A DNA stretch of 64,000 nt. Origin: a virus. Made by a program: the position numbers and the translations under genes. The notes beneath the pieces are model-generated. The model worked only from the letters and a program-made list of their open reading frames with translations. It had not been told where the DNA came from and made no database searches. Of this stretch, positions 9,001 to 16,187 are shown in pieces (position 1 is the stretch's first letter; the number at the start of each line of letters is the position of its first letter). Location: positions 1 through 64,000 of IMG/VR virus record IMGVR_UViG_3300042154_000876; one strand, written 5' to 3'.

Positions 9001-12000
9001 GATCACCAAGAACGTTCCTACAATGCTTGGCCAGGATGTTGCCACTAGGTACATAATTTCCGCTAAGGATCTAGAAGACAAGTATGACGACGCAGTCCTA
9101 GCTCGAAGCATCGAAAACGGTTACGAGATCAATGGCCTACGCGTTCCTGCTAAGTCTACTGTAACTATTCCAGAGAACTATACCCCCTCTAAGCCTGGAG
9201 TTTGGCTAGGAAGCACCGAAGACGAGATTAATGCTCAGCTTGACCTATACGGAGCTACCAAGGCTGACTCTGCACCTAGCAGTGCCATGCTTAACGCTCT
9301 TAAGGGCCTAAACTCTGTTCTTAAGATCAGACAGTACGAGTCTACCCTTGAGGCCAACGACCTTGACGACTTCCTTCAGAGAGAAGTTCTTCGTGCTGAC
9401 CTAACACGTACCCGCCGTGCATTGTCGGGCGTTGCAGCGCAGCTTGCTGATCTGCTAGAGTCTAGCCCTAGCACTGCTGTAAAAGCCGACTCTGCCAAGA
9501 TCCTCCGAGGAGCTATCGAAGGTCTTACAGACCTACGCTCTGTTCTAAACCTAAGACGCACCAACGTGCTTACCAAGAAGGAAGTAGACAAGCGTCTATC
9601 CGACATAGCGATCGCTATTCTTCCTGGAGACGGATCGCCTAGCCCACTGGGCACCCTAAAGAACAAGACCCCGGAGGCCTTGGAAGTTCTAGCCCGTGCT
9701 CAGGCGGCAGTTGGATCTCTTATTGGCCTATACAAGCAGGGTGGATCTGCTCCGATAGACCAAGACGCTGTTGAAGAGTCTTCGTCCAGTAGAAAGCCTT
9801 CTATGAAGTTCTTCTACCCACCTACGTTTGCTGGCGAGGGCCTTGACCCACTACGCGGTATGAGCAACTACAACGATGTTATCCAGTTCCTAAAGAACAA
9901 CGACATCTATGTTCTCGATCTTGAAACAACTGGACTAACTGATCTAGATGACTTTGAAATCAAGAATGATCCTATCCAGATCGCTGTTACCAAAATCTCT
10001 GGCCTACAGGCTGTAGACTCTTTCACCACCTACATCAACCCTCAGTCTAAGATCAGTTCTTATACCCTAAAGAACGTTGGAGACGGTAAGGGTGGACGTG
10101 TCACCCAGGAGTTCCTATCTGGCTTCCCTACTAAGCGAGACACTATGGCTCAGCTTAAAGAGTTCATTCCAAATGGCGCTATTATTGCTGGACACAACTC
10201 GACTTTGTTCGACATGGAAGTTATCAACCGCACTATTGCTGAAGCTGGTCTAGAACCTCTAGAGCCTTCAGGCATGATTGATACTCTTGGTTTCGCTCGC
10301 TACATCATGCCTGAGTGGACGCCAGAGAACCCTGACGCTCCTTTCAAGATCAACGCCCGCGGTGAGCAGACCAAGTCCTTCTCTCTTGAAGCTTTGGTCA
10401 CCTACTTCGGTCTATCGAACAACGGCCGTCACGAAGCTGACGCCGACGTTAGCTCGACCGTTGAAGTATTCCAGAAGATGCTTGACCGAGCCTCTAGAGG
10501 TCTTGCTGTAGGCGGACGAGAGTTTAGCTACGACGCTTCTGACAACGACTGGAACTACGACGCCTATGTAGCCGCTGAAGAAGCATATAAGCAGGCATCT
10601 AGCGAGTACATCCTTGGCCGTGTTGGCGACATCCTATCCCTTGAGGGAATGAACCCTGAAGAGATTAACTCTCTCATTACCTCTATGATTAACAACATTC
10701 AATCTGGAGTAACCTCAGGGCAGGAACAGCCAAGAAGCGAAGCAAACGTCCCAGCAACTAACCCACTGCGGGACCTACCTGCTGGCTCTTACGTTCACGA
10801 CAACGCAACTGGCCGCGCTGGTATCTCTATGGGTATCGTTGGAAACCACGTTCTAGTTGACTTCCCTGCTGCCTCTATTCTGGCTAATGGGCTTCGCACG
10901 CTGGAGAAGGTTCTCCCGGAGTCCCTAGTTAACGCCACCCGCGACTTCCTAAGTGCTAACGGAGTCTATCTAGACTACGGCATGCAGGTAAAAAACCCAG
11001 ACCTACCTGGCGGCTACGGATATGTACTAAGCCTATCCGGCGACAAGGGTGGAAACATCTACGCCGGTTCTGCAGACTACGCAGCTCAGTTCCCAGCCAA
11101 GAGCCTAGAGGTGGTGCCTACAACTGTCGCAGACGATAAAGCCTCTGACAAGCAAGAGGCTCGAATCATCAACCTAGTTGATGAGGTAGTTTCTGCTGGA
11201 ATTATGGATAAGGCCATGGCCCTACCATTCCAGCGCGCCGCTGAGAACCACCTCTACGGTAAAAAGTCAGCTGGAGACGTTATTATGCGTCTTACCACGG
11301 CGCTAAACCAGTTTAGACAGCACGCTGCCAATAGCGACATCCAGGTTGAAGCCGGCGAGAATGCAGCCTCTCAGATCGAGGAAATGGCCGCGCCTAAGAA
11401 GCCAAAGGATACTAAAAAAATCGAGGACATCGAGTTTAGTAAGGCATTGGAGAAGGCGCTCAAGGAGCTTGACATACAGCCTACCCCTGAAGGCAGAAAC
11501 ATTATTGGTTCAGTTATCAATAACTTCTTCACCGCAGTTATGGCCCTTGCCGGTGTTGGTAAAACTACCAACCTACGCCTAACAGCTGAGGCTATTATGA
11601 GCCTCTTCCCTCAGATGAGAATCCTATACGCGGTATTCAACAAAGAAAACCAAATGGAAGCTTTGGAGAAGATGCCAGATAACACAGAGGCTAGAACCTC
11701 TGACTCTATCAGCGTTATGGCCAACGCCAACAATAAACTACGCGATAAGATGGACGCCTTATCTAAACAGGATGAACCTCACAACATGCCTGTTAACTTC
11801 TTCAGAGAAGCAGATATCGCTGATCTATTCGGTGTAAAGGATGTCACCCTATCTACAGGAAAAGATGTACCTCGCGAGCGCGTAGCCGGAATCGCATCTG
11901 CTGCCTTACGAGCATGGATTCTATCCGATTCTATGAAGATTGATGCCAGTACTATTGACGCAATCTCCAGCCAGTTGAGTGAGAAAGAGATGCCTCAGAC

Positions 12001-15000
12001 AGCCGAGGACTACCGACCATTTATCCGACTTGTTCAGATGATGTGGGACGATGTTATTTCTGACCACGACCAGGATCGACGCCAGCTAGTAGTCAACTTC
12101 AACCACCTATTCAAGAACTGGGCACTTACTCGCCCTGACCTGACTGAAGTAGATGGTTCTGGAAAGAGCATTCACGGTCTTAAAAATGTCCCTGACTTCC
12201 TTTTCCTAGACGAAGCTCAGGATATTAACCCAGTATTCCGAAAAGTGATCGAAGACCAGTATACCCTTCACAAAAACGGTATTGTTATGATTGCTGTTGG
12301 CGACAATAACCAGGCTATCTTTGGATTCCGCGGAGCAGAAGACGCTCTGAATATTGTAAAGCGAGACCTAACGCTACCTCTAACTAAGAGCTACCGAACT
12401 GGTCAGACCGTTCTAGATGCCGCTGCTAACAAGCTGCTAGCGATGCTAGGAGAGTCGTTAAGACTACAAGGTAAGGATGGTAACGGCACTAAGCTTGTTG
12501 ACAATATGTCGCGAGAGAGGATCGATCTAGCCCTATCTCGAGGAACCGCCGCGATTCTAAAAGAAGCGATTGTGGTCGAGGAGATGTTTGAGGGAGGTAG
12601 AATCGCTACCACCCTGAACTTCAAGCAAGAGCTACTAAACATGCTTAAAGCGATGACTTACCTACAGCGCGTGGACTACGTCAACTATGCCAACGCTGAG
12701 GCACGTAAGAATGATCCAAATGCCGCGCCGATATTGCCACCTAAAAGACCTACAATACCTGGGGCATTGCTGGGCCTAAACTGGGAAACCATGTATGAGC
12801 TTCTGTCTGAAGGTAAGGGTGACCAATCTATTCAGCAGATTTGGAATGTTATCCGCGGTCACGCTAGCAAAAACAAAATTAAAATCGGGCCAGCAATGTC
12901 TGACCTACTGAACAACATTGTTCCTAACCTTCGAGTAGTTAATCACGAGTTCCACCTTCCAGCCCAGCTAGATCCGATCGGGTCTCTCGGTGGAGGATTG
13001 GACTACGAGATTACAAAGGATAAGATTATTATCCGAGACGACCCATCCGCGGGCTTTAATGCTCGTAAGACGGCCATTAGCGGTGTCTACAATAACCGCA
13101 AGGTTCTCGAGGACTACGGGTTCTGGAACCCTAGCAAGGATCAGGCAACTGGACGATACGGTGGATTTGAGTGGGAAATCAACCTATATGACGATGGGCG
13201 TGATCAGTTGCAGGACCTTGTCAAGGGTCTTCGCGGTGAGGACGCCATGTTCCGCATTATGACTGGTCACACCTCAAAGGGTCTGGAAGCCGATAACGTC
13301 AAGATTCTAGATGACTGGCTAGACCTAACGCCGTTCCTACCTGGTGGAGATGCTGAAAAGCAGAACGAACTGCTAGAACTGTTCCGCTCGCGTGGTCCAG
13401 ACTTTGATCTTATGGAAGAGATCCGCTTGATGTATGTAGTCACTACTCGACCACGCACTGAACTTGATTTAGGTGGTTTGAAGTGGTTAAACAATCACTC
13501 ACCTGAGCAACTTAAGGCTGCTGTTGATGAGATCCAAAAGCGACTAGCTATGGGATTCGGCGCAGTTGAGGAGGGCGTAGAGGTTAAGTCTCCAGAAGAG
13601 ATTGAAGCCATCAAGAACCGACCAACTGGCGAAGATCTTTCTGGTCTACCTCCACGCACCGACTGGGAGGCAGAAAAAGCAGCAAAAGAGGAAAATAGTT
13701 GGAGGCTCAAGAACACTGAGGAGAGAACTAAGGAAGAGATTGGAGAAATCCCTAGGGATGGAAATCTTCCACTCAAGCCACGCTCCCGCGACAACGCTGA
13801 ACTAGCCAAGTTGAAGGAAGAAAGGCGAGAGCTCGTCAGTAAGATTGCTACCGCTAAGAGTAAGGGCAAGGAGCCTAGCAAGGCCACCGAGCAAAAGTTA
13901 GCGGATGTAAATCAGAAGATTTCTGACATTGAGAATGCTGACAGTGTTGAAGAGTTTTCATCTAAAAAACGTCCAAGCTCTCCTAACTACCAGGATGAGT
14001 TTGATCGAAAGGTTGATGGTCTAAAGGCCGCTATTGCAACCGCTAAGGACATTCTAAACCTTGTGCCTGAAGACCGAACCGGAGACTTCAAGGGCTATGC
14101 TGACACCAACATCGAGGAAACTATCGCTGGACTACAAGAGGACCTAAATGCTCTGCTTGACAACCCAGACATGCTGGAGCGTGATGACGAGGAAGACTAC
14201 CGCATTGCCGAGCGTCTACTGGCTAAGCTGAATGCAGATAAGATGGCTAAACTAGACATGGGCGATCTGATGGATGCTCGTCGCATTGTGAAGAACAAGA
14301 GCGACATCACCGGAACTGATCAGAGCTTTGTCTATGGCACTACCCCACCTGTGTACCTCAACCGAGTAATGCTAGACGCACTAGAGAAGATGAAGGACCA
14401 CCTGTATCGTAAGCTGAAGCACGACGAGAAGCTAGACTTCGCTCCTTATGTTTCGGACCAGGTCGAAGAGTCATCTTCTCCGGTAGAGAATATCTCTCCA
14501 GAGATGGAAAAGAAGCTCTACAACATTGTTGAAGAGGCTGCTAAGTTCTACAGCGACCGCTTGATGAACTTCAATGACCCAGGTGCGACCGAGGCAAAGA
14601 AGTACGTTGTATCGCGAGGATTCGGTGCTGCCAACGCCGAGACCTTTAAGATTGGATACTCTTCGAAGAACTGGGCTGACCTATATCAGCACCTACGTCG
14701 CAAGGGATTCTCTGAAGAAGAGATCTTAGCCTCGGGACTAGTCAACAGAAGCGAAAACAACGGACGACTATTTGATGCCTTGCGCAACAGACTAGTCTTC
14801 CCCGTTAGCAACGACAAGGGCCAAGTGGTTGGTTTTGTTGGACGCTCGATTGACCCTGAAGAGCCAATCCGCTACATGAGAACCAAGGGTACCCCGATCT
14901 TCCAGAAGTCGAGCACCTTGTTTGGTCTAGATCAGGCTAGGGATGCAATCGCTGAGTCAGGCGAGATGGTTGTTGTTGAAGGTCAGTTTGACGTTCTAGC

Positions 15001-15514
15001 AATGCACGCTGCCGGCATCAAGAATGCTATTGCTGCCTCGGGAACCGCATTCGGTGAGGGCCACATGGACCTATTCAACCAGATTGTTGGTGACAAGGAA
15101 AACAAGAGCGTAGTGTTTGCTTTCGACCCAGACGAAGCCGGAATTAAAGCAGCTGGAAAAGCGTACATGATGTTGACCCAGTCCTACTTTGATGTCGCGC
15201 CTTACATTGTCTCTGATGAATCTGGACTAGACCCTTCTGACATTTACTCAAAGGATAACGAAAACGGTCTTAAGACTCTGATGGATAACAAGCGCCCAAT
15301 GGCTGAAGTTCTGATCGAAAGACTTCTGTCTAGTGGTAGAGAGCTTAGCGATATCCGCGACGCTATCATTGCAATCCTGATGAATGTCCACGACACTAAC
15401 CTACAGACCCAGCTAGTTCAGCGCTTCGGCCCTCAGCTTGGTGGAGACATGGGCGAGCTGTTTGCAGAGGTTAGAATGTATGATCCTAAGCGGAACGCTA
15501 AATACAACATCTAG
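6023..15514 (+). CDS. Giant polyvalent protein A (3163 aa): N-terminal module, DEDDh exonuclease, UvrD-like SF1 helicase, DnaG primase core
   Basis: Uninterrupted ORF from a GTG start 2 nt after the upstream stop. Catalytic motifs are listed in the domain features. Confidence 0.85.
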   Translation: MSKLIDQFDSNFENEGGIRHAIVDIIESRRAEIPAIRMVEEETLFQVAERALESNTDLEPDVRYFAALREVTNFITFATEGAISDIVTKHADLLPASHPNSKESAVMTASAQRMLRAEWLAADLRITDENVRSIVAAVYASNPLSVDYAYHLSRLESLEEGQVPADLLIQPLLAFGDPYAGKNSFWHRSMRAKKQRRDDEGQFAEMGGGYRFYVRDLRGRVFSVVGKVAGIPENDPLGIDIEVIGVEGIRDGIYTIPAAAGHSFKAILPEHAVSKRIRISGDNLNAIDLSSLTRKELPTSWFATKGSNDKTDLDNKVKADRFFATGDGYIANLYNKPDEELGKRIAEAQNKFGALVVSDQGTDTLNPDKPVYELISTKRGQPEVVGYSQDWAALQKFASDEDENYPEAENEPLAVEESAAKKPKEAPAAAPVAPESMDELVPDLPSYNPSENVPATWYDNGDNTFYSIDGKYVAKFGPTDIAADYVYSYDPSSGQEGLLPTGATVSDAFAIYNTDNGSAVGGVSFDWNGVSDAIDSVDQVEEMASPTKLDPENLDPDRAKYIEPDANVGGRAGANDPISDAQKRSIYAAIGKHEVAGGIADIWDEMVANDWQGYTFANAMTLLIKINESPERPGGWVKPAQIYHRKAMRDSLRNRDVPEEAKKILLESYKSMGEAEIKAQITLVNTFPAITPDPRATLDGDRKPIVAPVKYEPGTVNAETARIPKLQPANAYPNKYPPRAQGVDRDGKAFYPLLNDLKGAFSSKKVSEDMVILFDDMLTRPSVYSYKDYGAFMDVLNKLEPTEKKLATTATRALVDTMIGMSKDVPGDLQEKLKGRRMMDHDEINALITELVPYVPEYEKIAGRAKTAQETAESKNLSSATPKYLGTDLTAAQSAPKPMQLVMLESLIENKDFSDPAAKKDLDTLIAEHRTMPYPLIQSYIKEFQQLPYKAQFQPNMLHTTISREDGGPTPRMLRSLERSRIKGLIGDEAWNEITKNVPTMLGQDVATRYIISAKDLEDKYDDAVLARSIENGYEINGLRVPAKSTVTIPENYTPSKPGVWLGSTEDEINAQLDLYGATKADSAPSSAMLNALKGLNSVLKIRQYESTLEANDLDDFLQREVLRADLTRTRRALSGVAAQLADLLESSPSTAVKADSAKILRGAIEGLTDLRSVLNLRRTNVLTKKEVDKRLSDIAIAILPGDGSPSPLGTLKNKTPEALEVLARAQAAVGSLIGLYKQGGSAPIDQDAVEESSSSRKPSMKFFYPPTFAGEGLDPLRGMSNYNDVIQFLKNNDIYVLDLETTGLTDLDDFEIKNDPIQIAVTKISGLQAVDSFTTYINPQSKISSYTLKNVGDGKGGRVTQEFLSGFPTKRDTMAQLKEFIPNGAIIAGHNSTLFDMEVINRTIAEAGLEPLEPSGMIDTLGFARYIMPEWTPENPDAPFKINARGEQTKSFSLEALVTYFGLSNNGRHEADADVSSTVEVFQKMLDRASRGLAVGGREFSYDASDNDWNYDAYVAAEEAYKQASSEYILGRVGDILSLEGMNPEEINSLITSMINNIQSGVTSGQEQPRSEANVPATNPLRDLPAGSYVHDNATGRAGISMGIVGNHVLVDFPAASILANGLRTLEKVLPESLVNATRDFLSANGVYLDYGMQVKNPDLPGGYGYVLSLSGDKGGNIYAGSADYAAQFPAKSLEVVPTTVADDKASDKQEARIINLVDEVVSAGIMDKAMALPFQRAAENHLYGKKSAGDVIMRLTTALNQFRQHAANSDIQVEAGENAASQIEEMAAPKKPKDTKKIEDIEFSKALEKALKELDIQPTPEGRNIIGSVINNFFTAVMALAGVGKTTNLRLTAEAIMSLFPQMRILYAVFNKENQMEALEKMPDNTEARTSDSISVMANANNKLRDKMDALSKQDEPHNMPVNFFREADIADLFGVKDVTLSTGKDVPRERVAGIASAALRAWILSDSMKIDASTIDAISSQLSEKEMPQTAEDYRPFIRLVQMMWDDVISDHDQDRRQLVVNFNHLFKNWALTRPDLTEVDGSGKSIHGLKNVPDFLFLDEAQDINPVFRKVIEDQYTLHKNGIVMIAVGDNNQAIFGFRGAEDALNIVKRDLTLPLTKSYRTGQTVLDAAANKLLAMLGESLRLQGKDGNGTKLVDNMSRERIDLALSRGTAAILKEAIVVEEMFEGGRIATTLNFKQELLNMLKAMTYLQRVDYVNYANAEARKNDPNAAPILPPKRPTIPGALLGLNWETMYELLSEGKGDQSIQQIWNVIRGHASKNKIKIGPAMSDLLNNIVPNLRVVNHEFHLPAQLDPIGSLGGGLDYEITKDKIIIRDDPSAGFNARKTAISGVYNNRKVLEDYGFWNPSKDQATGRYGGFEWEINLYDDGRDQLQDLVKGLRGEDAMFRIMTGHTSKGLEADNVKILDDWLDLTPFLPGGDAEKQNELLELFRSRGPDFDLMEEIRLMYVVTTRPRTELDLGGLKWLNNHSPEQLKAAVDEIQKRLAMGFGAVEEGVEVKSPEEIEAIKNRPTGEDLSGLPPRTDWEAEKAAKEENSWRLKNTEERTKEEIGEIPRDGNLPLKPRSRDNAELAKLKEERRELVSKIATAKSKGKEPSKATEQKLADVNQKISDIENADSVEEFSSKKRPSSPNYQDEFDRKVDGLKAAIATAKDILNLVPEDRTGDFKGYADTNIEETIAGLQEDLNALLDNPDMLERDDEEDYRIAERLLAKLNADKMAKLDMGDLMDARRIVKNKSDITGTDQSFVYGTTPPVYLNRVMLDALEKMKDHLYRKLKHDEKLDFAPYVSDQVEESSSPVENISPEMEKKLYNIVEEAAKFYSDRLMNFNDPGATEAKKYVVSRGFGAANAETFKIGYSSKNWADLYQHLRRKGFSEEEILASGLVNRSENNGRLFDALRNRLVFPVSNDKGQVVGFVGRSIDPEEPIRYMRTKGTPIFQKSSTLFGLDQARDAIAESGEMVVVEGQFDVLAMHAAGIKNAIAASGTAFGEGHMDLFNQIVGDKENKSVVFAFDPDEAGIKAAGKAYMMLTQSYFDVAPYIVSDESGLDPSDIYSKDNENGLKTLMDNKRPMAEVLIERLLSSGRELSDIRDAIIAILMNVHDTNLQTQLVQRFGPQLGGDMGELFAEVRMYDPKRNAKYNI
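9900..10490 (+). other. DEDDh (DnaQ-like) 3'-5' exonuclease domain in giant A
   Basis: ExoI LDLETTG (D at 9917), ExoII GHNSTLFD, IDTL, ExoIII HEADADV. Confidence 0.85.
11480..13480 (+). other. UvrD/Rep-like SF1A helicase domain in giant A
   Basis: ALAGVGKTT, VFNKE, LDEAQD, VGDNNQAIFGFRG, LTKSYR, TGHTSKGLE, MYVVTTR. Confidence 0.85.
14500..15330 (+). other. DnaG-type primase catalytic core (Toprim_N + TOPRIM) in giant A, no zinc-binding domain
   Basis: YVVSRG..FKIGYS, DALRNRLVFP..GFVGR, VVEGQFDV, GTAF, FDPDEAG, DPSD. No CHC2 zinc finger upstream. Confidence 0.85.
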
Positions 15515-15564
15515 CCCCTCAGGTTTATTGGTATACTTGTAAAAGACTAATCAATCGCGATAGT

Positions 15565-15619
15565 TACCCCGTTAATTTGACAACTGCTAATTGACGGGGT
15601 ATTATCAAGGTGTTACGTT
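15565..15619 (+). promoter_or_regulatory. Tandem sigmaA-like promoters overlapped by a 13-bp inverted repeat
   Basis: TTGACA (15577-82) -17 nt- TATTAT (15600-05), and TTGACG (15591-96) -17 nt- TACGTT (15614-19). Inverted repeat TACCCCGTTAATT (15565-77) / AATTGACGGGGTA (15589-601). Confidence 0.7.
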
Positions 15620-15634
15620 TCTATAAGGACCAGT

Positions 15635-15898
15635 ATGAAAATCTTTGTTGACACCCCCGAGGGCGGAAGCCTCGTTGAGATTGAAGTCTCCACACTAGAA
15701 GATGACAGGCTAAACACGCTTGCCGCATCTGGATCTAAAGAAGCGCGCGACGAGGTTAAAAAGCGTACCGGTATGGATCCATATAAGCCTGTTTCTGAGC
15801 ACACACCCGAAGACGTCGAATACTACATGGAGTGGTTAAAAAATAACGACTCTGAAAAATACAATAAAATTGTAGGTAGCGATAAGGACGTTGAGTAG
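15635..15898 (+). CDS. Small acidic protein, paralog of the next gene
   Basis: 87 aa with an AAGGA RBS. Shares GG..L.D..LN.L...G..EAR.....RTG.DP.K......PED......W...N..EK..K with 15903..16187. Confidence 0.75.
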   Translation: MKIFVDTPEGGSLVEIEVSTLEDDRLNTLAASGSKEARDEVKKRTGMDPYKPVSEHTPEDVEYYMEWLKNNDSEKYNKIVGSDKDVE

Positions 15899-15902
15899 GA
15901 CT

Positions 15903-16187
15903 ATGGAAGACAACTACGAAGAATACCAAGTAGACATGCATGTCATCACTGCTAGTGGTGGCAAGGATTTGAAGTTCCAGCTTAAGGACCTTACCGACGA
16001 GGAGCTTAATCAGCTCTATGAAGAGACTGGACTAGAAGAAGCCCGCCTCGCTTACCGCGAGCGTACCGGTGATGATCCAGCTAAAAACCTATGGATCTAT
16101 GGACCAGAAGACTTTGCGTGGTTCCAGGACTGGTGTGACCGCAACCCAGAAAAGTTTGAGAAGTTGCGAGCCCAGTATGACGTTTAG
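15903..16187 (+). CDS. Small acidic protein, paralog of the previous gene
   Basis: Likely ATG at 15903 (MEDNYEEY); the ORF track uses TTG 15891. Aligns with the upstream ORF. Its stop overlaps the start of giant B. Confidence 0.75.
   Translation: MEDNYEEYQVDMHVITASGGKDLKFQLKDLTDEELNQLYEETGLEEARLAYRERTGDDPAKNLWIYGPEDFAWFQDWCDRNPEKFEKLRAQYDV

Noticed and set aside
15565-15601. Inverted repeat as an IS200/IS605 end or a terminator
   Set aside because: There is no transposase/TnpB nearby and no U-tract, and it overlaps exact -35/-10 spacing, so an operator is more plausible.
15716-15962. LAASG and ITASGG in the small paralogs as cleavage motifs
   Set aside because: Both align with non-motif residues inside the shared fold of the partner paralog, so they are probably chance.
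16069-16176. ORF-track start of giant B at 16069
   Set aside because: It would overlap the real 94-aa gene by more than 100 nt. ATG 16177 is coupled to that gene's stop and places the shared N-terminal module at the start.
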